64,000 bases of DNA from an uncultured virus (IMG/VR IMGVR_UViG_3300035670_000036) (lineage: Duplodnaviria > Heunggongvirae > Uroviricota > Caudoviricetes), in the IMG/VR virus record IMGVR_UViG_3300035670_000036. The stretch is one strand, 5' to 3'. The notes under the pieces were generated by a model. It did not search any database, was not told the origin of the DNA, and saw nothing but the letters and a program-made list of their open reading frames with translations. This document shows positions 1-10,636 of this stretch, piece after piece. Numbering within the stretch: position 1 is the stretch's first letter; each line of letters opens with the position of its first letter. A program made the position numbers and the translations under genes.

Positions 1-180
1 ATAAGCGAATTCATAGAGGAAGAAATAGAGCCTGTTGAAGATGTTCCAAAAAAACAAGGAGAAAAGAAACCAGGTCAAACTCCAGAAAAGCCTAAACAGA
101 AAGAACAACCAAAGGAACAGCCAAAAGAAAAACCTAAAACTACACCTACTAAATCTAATAAAGATGGAGAAGATTCGTGA
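1..180 (+). CDS. 3' end of a partial CDS with a Lys/Glu/Pro-rich tail
   Basis: Frame 1 is open from base 1 (ISEFIEEEIEPVEDVPKKQGEKKPG...) to TGA at 178-180. Confidence 0.6.
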   Translation: MSEFIEEEIEPVEDVPKKQGEKKPGQTPEKPKQKEQPKEQPKEKPKTTPTKSNKDGEDS

Positions 181-373
181 TTATGAGGATGCTGCCATAA
201 ATTTAATATATGACATAACATCTAAAAATAATTTTACTAATTGGTCAGATAAAGCATCAAAAAATGAAAAAATAGACATTTCAGAAAAGATGTTGAAACA
301 TTTTGAAAAGACAAATGATTTTGCTAAATGTATTATAATTAAGAACGCTATAAAAAAAATAAAGCATGTATAG
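164..373 (+). CDS. hypothetical protein (start probably MEKIRD)
   Basis: ATG at 164 overlaps the upstream gene's end, and its stop overlaps the next start. Confidence 0.55.
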   Translation: MEKIRDYEDAAINLIYDITSKNNFTNWSDKASKNEKIDISEKMLKHFEKTNDFAKCIIIKNAIKKIKHV

Positions 374-779
374 ATTAAAATGGATTTCATCATTAGATAA
401 AGTTTACATGTATTTGGTTGATCCACATACCGGGTATCCACTTACTGTAAAAATTTATGATTATTTTGAAGATGCGGTAAATGATATATCTAATGACTTA
501 TCCAATGTTATACTACCTGAAGAATGGATAAAAAAAGATAAAACACATGAATATAAAATTACTATATATGATAATGGATTAAATGTTCAAGATTATGTAA
601 ATATATTCTACAATTTTTTAGGAATTACTAGCAGCATGGCAGAACAATTAGCCATCCTTCTAAAAAATAAAAAAGTATTAGATTTCAAGAAAATACAAGA
701 TGTAGAACTAATGGGAGAGTATTGTGAAGATTTGATAGCTGATAATATGAATTTTGAAGTAACTGTAACAAACATATAA
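366..779 (+). CDS. hypothetical protein with a degenerate ClpS-like C-terminal half
   Basis: YKITIYDN...FLGITSSMAEQLAILL...EYCEDLIADNMNFEV follows the spacing of Bacteroidota ClpS, but the NDD and H substrate residues are altered. Confidence 0.4.
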   Translation: MYRLKWISSLDKVYMYLVDPHTGYPLTVKIYDYFEDAVNDISNDLSNVILPEEWIKKDKTHEYKITIYDNGLNVQDYVNIFYNFLGITSSMAEQLAILLKNKKVLDFKKIQDVELMGEYCEDLIADNMNFEVTVTNI

Positions 780-1303
780 TGGGCCTGTTTCAAAGAAAAT
801 CTTTTAATCCTAATGGTCGGCCTCAAATAAATCTAAGTGAGTCTGAAATAAAATATGCGATAGAGAATACAAAATCTTCTGCCCAAGCAGCTAGATTTCT
901 TAGAATTTCTCCATCTACCTTTAAAAAATACGCGTCTATATACAAAAACCCTAATACAGGAGAGACCTGGTATGAGACTTCAAATAATAAGAGTGGCGTA
1001 GGCGTTTTTAGAACACCTAAAGCATCTGACTTCTTTTCCGATTTACAAGAAGTATTAGAGGGCAAGAGAGTGTGTAAAAATAAAACCCATTTTAAAAAGA
1101 GGCTACTTATGTCCGGATTAGTCTCAAGTAAGTGTTGTCTATGCGGATTTAATGAAAAAAGACTAGCAGATGAATCAAGTCCGTTTCTTTTAGATCATAT
1201 AGATGGGAATACAGATAATCAAAGAATAGAAAATATAAGAGTGTTGTGCTATAATTGTTATTACATAAACGTAGGAAATTTAATAGGACCCAAAAATTTT
1301 TAA
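779..1303 (+). CDS. HNH endonuclease with an N-terminal HTH-like region
   Basis: CxxC (CCLCG) plus LDHIDGNTDNQRIENIRVLCYNC. Confidence 0.85.
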   Translation: MGLFQRKSFNPNGRPQINLSESEIKYAIENTKSSAQAARFLRISPSTFKKYASIYKNPNTGETWYETSNNKSGVGVFRTPKASDFFSDLQEVLEGKRVCKNKTHFKKRLLMSGLVSSKCCLCGFNEKRLADESSPFLLDHIDGNTDNQRIENIRVLCYNCYYINVGNLIGPKNF

Positions 1304-1305
1304 TT

Positions 1306-1536
1306 ATGATTTCACTAGAATGGAGCGAAAGTATTTTATACAATTCCGCAGAAAATACAGAGGATTATAAAACCTATTACAATGAATATTTGTTTAATAT
1401 TTATCTGAACAGGAAAAATGAATTTACCGGAAAGAGAGAAGAGCTAGAAAAGTTTCTTATTTCTCATAAAATAAATCCTGATTTTTCTGAAGTTCAAGAA
1501 AGAATAAAGGAATATATAGAAAATTACACAACTTAA
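1306..1536 (+). CDS. hypothetical protein
   Basis: ATG at 1306, two bases after the HNH stop; tight operon packing. Confidence 0.6.
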   Translation: MISLEWSESILYNSAENTEDYKTYYNEYLFNIYLNRKNEFTGKREELEKFLISHKINPDFSEVQERIKEYIENYTT

Positions 1537-1537
1537 T

Positions 1538-1732
1538 ATGACGGAACAAAAGGATTTGGACGCAATGTTTATAGAGCTAGGTAGAATAGAGTATGAATTA
1601 AAATACTATATACAAATGGTAGAAAATCATACTTCGTTAAAGAATCAACTTGTAAATAAGATTGACAAAGCTCTATACTCTCATTTAGATAAAGAAGAAA
1701 AAACGGAAAAAAATGAAACAGATTTGGGTTAA
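1538..1732 (+). CDS. hypothetical coiled-coil protein
   Basis: ORF in a tightly packed operon. Confidence 0.6.
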   Translation: MTEQKDLDAMFIELGRIEYELKYYIQMVENHTSLKNQLVNKIDKALYSHLDKEEKTEKNETDLG

Positions 1733-1916
1733 AAAACAGGATGTCGAGAAAGTAAACAATGACATCCTCGTAACAGAATGTAGGCTAGAGGCCGAGTTAT
1801 CCATACTAGAATCAGGAGATTCACAATGGGTATCTGTCTATGTAACAGATGAGTACCTTTCTAGGTTAAAAGGAGTGTTCACATTAACTGAAAACAAAAA
1901 AGTAATACTAGGATAA
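1713..1916 (+). CDS. hypothetical protein
   Basis: ORF in a tightly packed operon. Confidence 0.6.
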   Translation: MKQIWVKKQDVEKVNNDILVTECRLEAELSILESGDSQWVSVYVTDEYLSRLKGVFTLTENKKVILG

Positions 1917-1917
1917 T

Positions 1918-2505
1918 ATGGCAATAGGTTTCAAACAATTTGTTCCTAACTTAACAAATTACTACACTTTCGCAACAGGTTTTTCTGACCTCGAAATAGA
2001 AGCCATCGAAAGATTAGCAGAAAAAGTTCAATCTCAAAATGCATCTGTTTTAGGATCTCCGGAAGACATTAACGAGTACCGAAGAAGTACTATCAAATGG
2101 CTACCAAATAACGACGAGTATGCTTGGATATATGAAAAACTATTTCGTTATGCAGAAGAGGCTAATAATGCCATGTGGCAATTCAATATCGGAGACAATG
2201 TAGAGAATATTCAATACACTATATACAATAGCGCAGATGCAGGAATGTACGACTGGCATATTGACTGTGGTGGCACCCCTCCTGTATGCTTTAGAAAAAT
2301 ATCTATTACGGTACAATTAACCGGACCAGAGGAATATTCTGGCGGGGATTTAATTCTTAAGTACGGTAAATATGACACGATTATACCAAAAAATAAAGGA
2401 CGGGTCGCTATCTTCCCATCCTTTATGCTACATCGTGTTACTCCTGTAGAATCCGGAATTAGAAAATCCCTTGTTCTTTGGTTAGGAGGCTTGCCCTATA
2501 GGTAA
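1918..2505 (+). CDS. 2OG-Fe(II) oxygenase (PKHD/prolyl-hydroxylase-like)
   Basis: YDWHID (HxD), RKISITVQL, YSGGDL, FPSFMLHRVTPVESGIRKSLVLW. Confidence 0.92.
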   Translation: MAIGFKQFVPNLTNYYTFATGFSDLEIEAIERLAEKVQSQNASVLGSPEDINEYRRSTIKWLPNNDEYAWIYEKLFRYAEEANNAMWQFNIGDNVENIQYTIYNSADAGMYDWHIDCGGTPPVCFRKISITVQLTGPEEYSGGDLILKYGKYDTIIPKNKGRVAIFPSFMLHRVTPVESGIRKSLVLWLGGLPYR

Positions 2506-4041
2506 TTATTTGATAGTATAAATTATTTTATTGCCTATTTCATCTACAGCTTGTATTGTGTTTATTGTAATTTTTAATGTACTTTGTAAGTGATTAGCTA
2601 TATAGCTACAAATGTCGTGAACATCGGAACCATTTTTTACGAAAACACCATTCTCGTTAAAGAATTTATCAAAATACTGGCTATAAAAAAACAAGACTTC
2701 GTTATAATCTAATAAGGTTCTTGTTTGAAGGACTACTTTTTTAATGTATATCTTTTTATATATCTTAGGATTAGTTAGCCTATCCTTTTCAGAAATTGGC
2801 AATTTGTTAATATTGAATATGGTTGAATTTGACTTTTTATCATTCCATGGATGCTGCACTTTCCATAAAAAAGAATGTGTAGCATCTATTTCTAATGTTA
2901 AATTTCTAAATGTAGATCTTTTACCTGGGAGTGGAATAGCTGGCTCATCAATTTCTTTTGGAGGTTCTACCGGCTGCGGAGTAGGAGCAGTTTTAGAAAG
3001 TAGTTTATCTAACATAGGATAACCGTACCCATACTCAATATCTTTACCTTCCGGTCCTCCATCTACAGCATTAGTAGAAAGAAACGCTATGAGATCAGCT
3101 TGATTTTTTATTTCCGGATACCACTTCAACACATGACCCATTGCGGCCGTACCATGAGGTGTAGCCATACTTGTACCATCCCAAGACACATAACTATTAT
3201 TGTCTTTAAAGGTAGACCAGATAGCCACTCCAGGCGCTATAGCCTCTAGTTCTGTTCCGTATTGAGAGAAGTTAGCCCTCCTACCTGTGTTATCACAAGC
3301 AGCCCAGGAAATAACCTCTTTATGAGCAGCAGGCCATCCTACTACGCCACTTCCATCATTACCGGCAGCAGCATTAACAAAAGCTCCTCTTGATATTACT
3401 TGCTCTATAGCTCTTGAAATTGCAGGAGTTTCAGACCCACCGCCCCAAGAAAAATTGTAAACTAGCAAATAACCTAGATTCTTATAGTTCTCTTCCCATA
3501 CTTTCGCACCATGTAATATAGCATTTACTAACCAATCAGAAGCGCCGGAACCATTAGAGTTTAATCCCTTTTGCGCCATGATGAGATCTTCCGTAGGGGC
3601 ATTGTTAACATAGGCCAAACCAAGCGGGAATCCATTAGGGTGTTTCCCCATAATAGTACCTGCAACGTGGTGGCCATGTCCGTGACCATCGATTCCATTT
3701 TTATCGGTCGTATGGTCCAAACAGAATTTTTTTGGAACAAATTGGTTATTTGATAGTAGAGCATCGTGATTCGGATATGCCATAGTATCGACAACACAAT
3801 ACAATATCTTACGAGTTGGTTTCTCACCCCTTTTTAATTTTTCTGCAATAAAATTTGTTTTTAAAAAACCGTAACCCCAATTACCATCACTAAGGATTTT
3901 AGCCTGTAGCGTTGCGGAAATCGGGGTAGGAGGAGGGGGGAGAATGATCTCGTGATTCTCCCCTATAGCATTAAAATATTTAGCAACTAACTCAAAATTT
4001 ATTTTTTGAGCAAATTGTATGTCGGATGCGGAAAATTTCAT
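2506..4041 (-). CDS. subtilisin-like S8 serine peptidase
   Basis: Triad motifs VVDT, HGHHVAG and GTSMATPH; oxyanion AAAGND; YGYG. Confidence 0.93.
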   Translation of the reverse strand: MKFSASDIQFAQKINFELVAKYFNAIGENHEIILPPPPTPISATLQAKILSDGNWGYGFLKTNFIAEKLKRGEKPTRKILYCVVDTMAYPNHDALLSNNQFVPKKFCLDHTTDKNGIDGHGHGHHVAGTIMGKHPNGFPLGLAYVNNAPTEDLIMAQKGLNSNGSGASDWLVNAILHGAKVWEENYKNLGYLLVYNFSWGGGSETPAISRAIEQVISRGAFVNAAAGNDGSGVVGWPAAHKEVISWAACDNTGRRANFSQYGTELEAIAPGVAIWSTFKDNNSYVSWDGTSMATPHGTAAMGHVLKWYPEIKNQADLIAFLSTNAVDGGPEGKDIEYGYGYPMLDKLLSKTAPTPQPVEPPKEIDEPAIPLPGKRSTFRNLTLEIDATHSFLWKVQHPWNDKKSNSTIFNINKLPISEKDRLTNPKIYKKIYIKKVVLQTRTLLDYNEVLFFYSQYFDKFFNENGVFVKNGSDVHDICSYIANHLQSTLKITINTIQAVDEIGNKIIYTIK

Positions 4042-4337
4042 AGTAGTTTTTTTACTTTTGCGATTTTCTTGAGAGCCATGTAATTACCTATTAACTTAGA
4101 TAGACTAAATAATACGACCTTAACTAGCTCAAACCAGTTTATAATTTCTTCACCTTGTTCGTTATAAATTACATTACCGTCTTTATCGGTCTTAAAAATG
4201 GTTTTATCCATGTTCTTAAAAAATATCTTTAGAATTTCTCTAAACATATCTTTATCACTTAGATTCTGCACATTAAATTCTAGAGACTCGTACTCTTCGT
4301 AGCACTTCTCCATTTGTTCTGTTACTTTGTTATTCAT
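4038..4337 (-). CDS. hypothetical protein
   Basis: ORF overlapping the S8 start by 4 nt. Confidence 0.6.
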   Translation of the reverse strand: MNNKVTEQMEKCYEEYESLEFNVQNLSDKDMFREILKIFFKNMDKTIFKTDKDGNVIYNEQGEEIINWFELVKVVLFSLSKLIGNYMALKKIAKVKKLL

Positions 4338-4363
4338 AATAGTTATTTTGAAATAAATAGTTA

Positions 4364-5290
4364 CTAATCTTGATTATTTAACCTACGAGGGAAATATAAT
4401 TTTTTAAATTCCCAATACTCTTTCATGTAATCAGCTCTCATATTGTAATCAGGACTTGTATGGTATCCGGACTTCATCATACATTTACACATATTTCTGT
4501 ATATTTGAATCGGTGGGAGACTATAATCAGCCTTTCTACACTTATCATATCGAGGGGCATTGAATACACTAGCCCATACTTTTACCCCCTCTTCGGTATT
4601 ATTCGCGGAAAAGAATTTTTGTTTCATACTCTTTTTCTTTCCTCTAATATACTCTATCGTTCTTAAGTTCACCCAATCGTAATTACCTATTTTCTTTATA
4701 CCACCAGGATTCCCATATAACCTCCATAGTTCTGTTTCAACACCCACAGAGGTAGCTTCTAATATAAAGTAAGCATAAATAAAAGATACCGGGAAGTCAG
4801 TCATGTGATGTACTGCGTAGAAGAGAGAATCGTAGTTATACAATAAATTCAATCTCCTTAACGTAGTAAGACTTAAGCCATTGACATTTCTAAATCCTTG
4901 CTTACGTAAATACTCAGCAGCCTCTATCTGATTATACTTTTTAAATTCGTGACCATGAGACCTAGAGGCAAATGCTGTGAAAGGGATAGCAAAGGGAACG
5001 GACTTACTAGGCTTTGCAGTAGTTCCGTTCCTTTGTATATTCACTTTATTTTCTATGTATACCGTATCCTTTACTATCGTATAGGTTGATTTCTCTATGT
5101 ACACAGTATCATAAACGTATTGCACAACATATTCAATAGAACCTCCGGAGAATATTTCTTGCTTTTGATAATCAGATATAGCGGTCTTACTAGCGATAGC
5201 GCCTAAGAAAAACGCTGCCACTATTGAAAGCCCGATATAGATAGGCAATCTTTTATTCTCCCGTATATAGGTTTCTACTCTTTCTCCCAT
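4364..5290 (-). CDS. membrane-anchored glucosaminidase/GH73-like peptidoglycan hydrolase
   Basis: N-terminal TM segment; FILEA...NPGGIK...GYHTSPDY resembles the GH73 (FlgJ-type) LES, N-x-x-G-I-K and GYAT-x-P-x-Y motifs. Confidence 0.7.
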   Translation of the reverse strand: MGERVETYIRENKRLPIYIGLSIVAAFFLGAIASKTAISDYQKQEIFSGGSIEYVVQYVYDTVYIEKSTYTIVKDTVYIENKVNIQRNGTTAKPSKSVPFAIPFTAFASRSHGHEFKKYNQIEAAEYLRKQGFRNVNGLSLTTLRRLNLLYNYDSLFYAVHHMTDFPVSFIYAYFILEATSVGVETELWRLYGNPGGIKKIGNYDWVNLRTIEYIRGKKKSMKQKFFSANNTEEGVKVWASVFNAPRYDKCRKADYSLPPIQIYRNMCKCMMKSGYHTSPDYNMRADYMKEYWEFKKLYFPRRLNNQD

Positions 5291-5291
5291 G

Positions 5292-5555
5292 TTAGTCTAC
5301 GCTTGTGTTTTCTATAGCGTCTATAATTGCTTTAACTTGACGATATGTTTTATAAACTAGAGAGGCGCTATCAAAAATTGTTACCGACCATTCTCCTTGG
5401 GACTTATCTAATTCATCGCTACACTCATTCGTAATCAAACTTATGTATGTTCGATCTTTATTTTTTTTATCAAAGTCATACACATAGTAATAAACATCAG
5501 GTTCATCTGTGTATTCTTTTGTAAAACCTAATAACTCCAATTCTGCTTCTTTCAT
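5292..5555 (-). CDS. hypothetical protein
   Basis: ORF in the - strand operon. Confidence 0.6.
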   Translation of the reverse strand: MKEAELELLGFTKEYTDEPDVYYYVYDFDKKNKDRTYISLITNECSDELDKSQGEWSVTIFDSASLVYKTYRQVKAIIDAIENTSVD

Positions 5556-5609
5556 CTTTTGTCATTTTATATTACGCCAAATAAAGTTTTAACGAGAGGA
5601 TTTGGCAAA

Positions 5610-6137
5610 TTATACTCTCTCGATATCATTACCAGGAATCATAGACATATCGGCCTCCAAATAAGATAAGGGCTTCAACATCTTACCATCCGACAGCCTA
5701 TGGAAATAATAGAAATCTTCACCTTCCACTGTACAGGACTTAATTTCAATAATATCATCCGTAGTCATTCCATACTTCTTCCGAACGCCCAGCAATTGTG
5801 ATTCTGCAAGTGACTTCGAGGGCAGAAACTTACTAAAATTACTTTCGTTCACTCTCTCTACAGCTTCAAGTACCGGAATGTCTAATTGCACTAAGATACC
5901 CAGCAATGTATAAATAACATCAACTGCCTCCTTTGCAATGTTCTGCCTGTTAATAAGTTCAAAAGCAATGTTATCATTTATGTCAGAATCATCTAAAGGC
6001 ATGAACTCATCAATAAATTCAGTGTTTTCATCAAGGAACATGGCTATTGAGTTCCTTAAATCCTGCACAGTAGTTTGATCATGCCGTCCTAACATCTTTT
6101 GGAATTTGACAACATCTTCTAATACATCTCTCTTCAT
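5610..6137 (-). CDS. MazG-like/PRA-PH family NTP pyrophosphohydrolase
   Basis: VVKFQKML...DENTEF...KEAVDVIYTLLG...VNESNFSK...DGKMLKP; start probably MKRDV. Confidence 0.75.
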   Translation of the reverse strand: MKRDVLEDVVKFQKMLGRHDQTTVQDLRNSIAMFLDENTEFIDEFMPLDDSDINDNIAFELINRQNIAKEAVDVIYTLLGILVQLDIPVLEAVERVNESNFSKFLPSKSLAESQLLGVRKKYGMTTDDIIEIKSCTVEGEDFYYFHRLSDGKMLKPLSYLEADMSMIPGNDIERV

Positions 6138-6270
6138 CTTTAATGATTTGTGATTGTTGATATAATAAAATTTTGGAATAGACATAAAAACATTTTTACA
6201 CATGCGGACATTCAAGAGGCAGCATGCGAATTAACATTTGTTTGTTTGTTTTGAGAGAGGGAAAGGTTAG

Positions 6271-6342
6271 TAGCGGGAACCAGAGTCGAACTGATAGTAT
6301 AGGATCATGAGTCCTATGTGTTAACCATTACACTATCCCGCT
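6271..6342 (-). tRNA. tRNA with CAT anticodon (Met, or Ile2 if lysidine-modified)
   Basis: Full cloverleaf: AGCGGGA/TCCCGCT, GTGT/ACAC D stem, TAGGA-CTCATGA-TCCTA, ATCAG-TTCGACT-CTGGT; no encoded CCA. Confidence 0.92.
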
Positions 6343-6486
6343 ATATTTTAACCTTGTACTACGGTGGTATAGATTATACACTCTCGCAGCGTCATTTTTA
6401 TTTTCTTTGGCACCTTTTGTATCGGTACCTCTTTTTTGGCTTTTTCCATATTCACTTAATTTTAAACAAAGATAAACCAAAAAAGT

Positions 6487-6843
6487 TTAATGTGCAAGTT
6501 TTTTTTCTCTAATCCACTTATTTATTTTTCTCCGCACATCATATCTTACAAAAGCAGGGTCTTTATTGTACTTCTTATAACCCAAATACCCGGCATTTCC
6601 TGTACTCATGTAGTAAGTCCATCGGCCATTTACTATAACAAAATTATCAGAGTTAGGATCAAGGCACTCCACTAAGGAATTTACGAATAGTTTTTTAGAC
6701 GAAATGGTATCTTCTCCGAACACAAAAGTACCGGATTTATAAGATGACCAAGGCCCGTTGTTTACTAAAATAGAATCTCGGTATCTTTGACTTAAAGCTA
6801 GGGTACTAACTAAAAGACAAAGAACTACTAGATAAGTTCTCAT
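6487..6843 (-). CDS. hypothetical secreted protein
   Basis: Signal-peptide-like N-terminus MRTYLVVLCLLVSTLALSQ. Confidence 0.6.
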   Translation of the reverse strand: MRTYLVVLCLLVSTLALSQRYRDSILVNNGPWSSYKSGTFVFGEDTISSKKLFVNSLVECLDPNSDNFVIVNGRWTYYMSTGNAGYLGYKKYNKDPAFVRYDVRRKINKWIREKKLAH

Positions 6844-6896
6844 TGGTTTGATTTTTAGTATATATATGCACTATAAGTACAATTATGTGATTTATT

Positions 6897-7190
6897 TTAA
6901 ACTTTTTCTTTCATGCACTTCATACTTACGAATTTTCCACTTAGGCTACCAAAAATATAAGAGGCAATCATATAGAGATTTCCTTGTATCAGAGCATCAA
7001 TAGAAAAGTAAAGAGAGGCAAGAGATATGACATTTATCATAAGACTGTTTATTAAGGATTTATTAATTTGCTTGTTGTAGGTATATTGTATTTCAAGCGT
7101 CTTCAATATGTTAAAAGAGAATTGAAATATAAATAAAAGTAGCACGTCCATGTTATCGGTAATCGTATTTAGCACTGTCATATAAAGCAT
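6897..7190 (-). CDS. hypothetical membrane protein
   Basis: About three hydrophobic segments. Confidence 0.55.
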   Translation of the reverse strand: MLYMTVLNTITDNMDVLLLFIFQFSFNILKTLEIQYTYNKQINKSLINSLMINVISLASLYFSIDALIQGNLYMIASYIFGSLSGKFVSMKCMKEKV

Positions 7191-7716
7191 TCAAGTCATC
7201 CATATTAATATTTTCCTTCGGCCGGACCTCGACAAGTGTACCGGTTTGGCTCACAATCTCGACGTACTGCAAGATATCGTGGTAGTGGGTACGAGAAGTA
7301 AAGTCATGTATTAAAATCGATTGTACGCCTTTTATGACCGCTTTACAGGCACAGGCTAATCTAAACCTACCATCCACTAACGCAACATCTATATCCTCGT
7401 ACTTATCAATAACACTAGAATACAGAGGAAAGTTGTCTTTCTTCTTGTTATCTCTAGGTCTACCCATATCTCCAGCATTAATGTCAATGTGGTGAAACGT
7501 AATATCTGGGTGGATCTTGATTGCTTCGTATTGCTTCACCTCGTCTATCCACATTTTTTGAGACTCTACCGATACTACCTTCCCCGCCCCATTTTTGCAC
7601 GCCCGGAAAGTACTACCTCCGGCACCCCACTCAAAGTAAAAGACAGCACCACGGACAGCATTTACAAACATTTCCTCCTCATCTTTTTTCATTAATATAC
7701 CAGGTTCTTTTCCCAT
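7153..7716 (-). CDS. class I SAM-dependent methyltransferase-like protein (glycan O-methyltransferase type)
   Basis: YFEWGAGGST, VVSVES, VALVDGRFR, ILIHDF. Confidence 0.7.
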   Translation of the reverse strand: MGKEPGILMKKDEEEMFVNAVRGAVFYFEWGAGGSTFRACKNGAGKVVSVESQKMWIDEVKQYEAIKIHPDITFHHIDINAGDMGRPRDNKKKDNFPLYSSVIDKYEDIDVALVDGRFRLACACKAVIKGVQSILIHDFTSRTHYHDILQYVEIVSQTGTLVEVRPKENINMDDLNALYDSAKYDYR

Positions 7717-8501
7717 AAATTATTTTTACATGTTTCCTAATTTCTTTCATATATAAGTACATTCAGAGAGCATTCTTATTTCATTTTACATATTATCATC
7801 TTTTCATTTTACATTTTATAACATTTTCTCTATATTTACTTATCATCATTTTTTAAATCTTATTTTTCATTTAGTAGTCATGCATATTTCATCTTAGTTT
7901 CATGTATATTTCATTTTGTTTTCATGTTATTTTGGATGTATGTTGAATGTAAAAGACATCTGTAGTGATTTTTATTTGTCCGCGGTTTTTTAAACATTGA
8001 TTCCGAATAGAGGCCGAAATCGTATAGGGAAAACGTAAAGCCTTGGTAATTAATAGGTTGCTTAGTGAATTACTTCAAATGGTATATAAATAACTAGTAG
8101 GGAAAAAAATGGACCTCGATATGTGAATTGGTATATTTGCGCACCTCTTTTTTGGCTTTTTTGTGGCTTATCGAAAATAAAAAAGCGCCAAAACCCGCAT
8201 GGTTACTGGGTTTCTGATTTTTTTGATATTTTTTTGAAAAATAGTGCTTGACACCCAATATCTGAAAACCTATCTTTGTGGTGTACTTAATCCGATAGGA
8301 CGTACACATATACAAACGAGTATATGAAATTTTGAAACGCTGAAAAATTAATTACCTATAATACGCGGAGTATATGTAAGGTAATTAATAGAATAAAAAT
8401 AATTTAAAAAAAATTCGCAAAGTATTTTTTTTTATCAAAATGTTTTTTAACTTTGCACTAACAAATTAATTATTCTTTAAACCACTTAAAAATTTTCAAT
8501 T

Positions 8502-8621
8502 ATGAAATTATCCTTCAAAATCATTGCGGTTGTTGTTGTTGTTGCTTTATTCGCTGCTTTATTTGCAGCCGTCCACTACTTTGTAGATGCGTCTAATGCA
8601 GGGCTACATTTTACAATGTAG
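8502..8621 (+). CDS. small membrane peptide, 39 aa, not in the ORF track
   Basis: MKLSFKIIAVVVVVALFAALFAAVHYF..., preceded by a TAACTTTG promoter box and an AACCACTTAAA leader. Confidence 0.6.
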   Translation: MKLSFKIIAVVVVVALFAALFAAVHYFVDASNAGLHFTM

Positions 8622-8706
8622 CCAAAAAAAAGAAAGCGCGTATAAATTGCGCGCTTTCTTAAAACAATCTTAATCATTTTTCAATAATTTTTTAAATCTT
8701 AATGTT

Positions 8707-8937
8707 ATGTTTAATTTATTAGTGTCTTTGACACACGAACAATTATTTTGGAGTTTATTAGCTTCAATATCAATGATTATCCTATCTTTGGGCTATTTTA
8801 TAGTATGGTTTGATAGGGTAATGCAAAGCGACCCACAAAAGCGAAATGGCATATTAATATTTTTTTGGATATATATTCAATTTATATTGTTCGCCATTGA
8901 GCTTGATTGTATGATTTATTGCATAAATCATGCTTAA
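8707..8937 (+). CDS. hypothetical membrane protein
   Basis: Two hydrophobic segments. Confidence 0.55.
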   Translation: MFNLLVSLTHEQLFWSLLASISMIILSLGYFIVWFDRVMQSDPQKRNGILIFFWIYIQFILFAIELDCMIYCINHA

Positions 8938-8975
8938 ACTTTAAAAAAAAACTTGCAAATATTTTTCTTTTTTAA

Positions 8976-9185
<210 letters not shown>

Positions 9186-9279
9186 TAAAAAAAAAGAGGG
9201 GTCGCATCTCTTTAAAATACGCAAATTTCAAAAAAATCATTTTAAACTTTTATCTTTTAACTTTTAAAATTTTTTCGTT

Positions 9280-9612
9280 ATGAAAAAGGAATTAGAATTG
9301 TTCTTAAGGAACAAAAATTTAGTAAACCAAAACTATACTATTACTGAAAAACACCCATATCGCTTTATGCGAAATGGAGTTTGGGTGACGCAATACATTA
9401 TTCATATTAGTACCTATATATCGGGTCTATCATTAAGAGGGTTAATAGAAAACTACGAAAATGGAACGACGGAAACAAAGTTAGTTTTCTCTACCTATGG
9501 TGACTACCATATAAGCCCTGAAGAAATTCAGAGAAGAGAAAAAATTATAGCGCACATAAAAAAATACGGCGCAACCTATAAAGAAGAAACACCTATCAAG
9601 TGGTTCAATTAA
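9280..9612 (+). CDS. hypothetical protein
   Basis: ORF followed by a terminator. Confidence 0.65.
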   Translation: MKKELELFLRNKNLVNQNYTITEKHPYRFMRNGVWVTQYIIHISTYISGLSLRGLIENYENGTTETKLVFSTYGDYHISPEEIQRREKIIAHIKKYGATYKEETPIKWFN

Positions 9613-9616
9613 AAGA

Positions 9617-9651
9617 AACCCCGGCCGGTAACGGTTCGGGGTTTTTTTTTT
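9617..9651 (+). terminator. intrinsic terminator of the CCCCGG-CCG-GWAA-CGG-CGGGG family (copies near 12664, 13368, 13927, 14571, 15266, 15909, 17584)
   Basis: GC hairpin followed by a long T tract. Confidence 0.85.
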
Positions 9652-9679
9652 GCCCGGTTCTAACCACCATTAGATCCGG

Positions 9680-10490
9680 GCTTTGCCCGACGACGTACAG
9701 GGCACCTACCGACAGACCGAACTACAGACAGACCGACGCACCTACCTAACGACAGGGCATTGGACAGGCGTACATTAGACAGGACAATCTCGCGGGGCCC
9801 TACACACATCACATACATTACACACATCATACACATCACATACATTACATACACATGATACAATAGATTAGATAACATGATAGATAGATATAATAAATAA
9901 GATACAATAGAAATATATAATGAATTGCCTGATAAGATATGTACCATGTATATTAGATGTATATTAGATGTTATATAGATTAAATGATATACCTTATGTT
10001 GTATAGATGTTATATAGATTAAATGATGTTATATAGATTAGATGATAGATGTATTAAATGTATATTAGATGCTATATAGATTGTTTAATAAATGTTATAT
10101 GATTATTAGGATATGTTATTTAAATGTTGTATATTAGATGTATGTTAGATAGATGTTATATAGATGATAGATGTTATATAGATTAGATGATATGTTGTAT
10201 GAATGATAGATGTATAGTAAGATATAATTTAAATGATAGATAGTATGTAATAGATGTATACTGGAATAGATTAGTATAATAGATGTTGTATGTAGATGAT
10301 AGGATGTTAGATTAGATGTTTACTGTATGCTGGATAGATGGTATGGTAGTTGATAGAGCCCCGCGGAAAAACAGCACAACGGAACCGACGGACGGACGGA
10401 ACCGACGGACAGACCCAACGAAAGGACGGACAGATCGACGGACGGATAGATCGACGGACGGATAGGATGAATCGATTGACGGACGAATTT
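9680..10490. repeat. non-coding low-complexity region: GACAG/CCGAC block, ACAT block, TAGAT/ATGT block, then GACGG block
   Basis: Degenerate 4-5 nt repeats in successive blocks, bounded by CGCGGGG (9791) and CCCCGCGG (10359). Confidence 0.75.
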
Positions 10491-10636
10491 CAATCGGGAT
10501 GAGAGGAAGGAAGCCCGAGTAAATTTTTTTAGGGTCTAATTATGGTATATTGGGCAAAATAAAGGTAGTAATGATAGGAATTTATAGTTTTATGTTGTAT
10601 ATTTGAACCATTGAATAACCACTTAAATATTTGCAC

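Noticed and set aside
779..1303. Intron-encoded homing endonuclease
   Set aside because: The gene abuts intact neighbours on both sides and no split host gene or intron structure is evident, so it is treated as free-standing.
9660..9947. Minus-strand 95-aa ORF
   Set aside because: It is a translation of low-complexity repeats (VMYVMCMMC).
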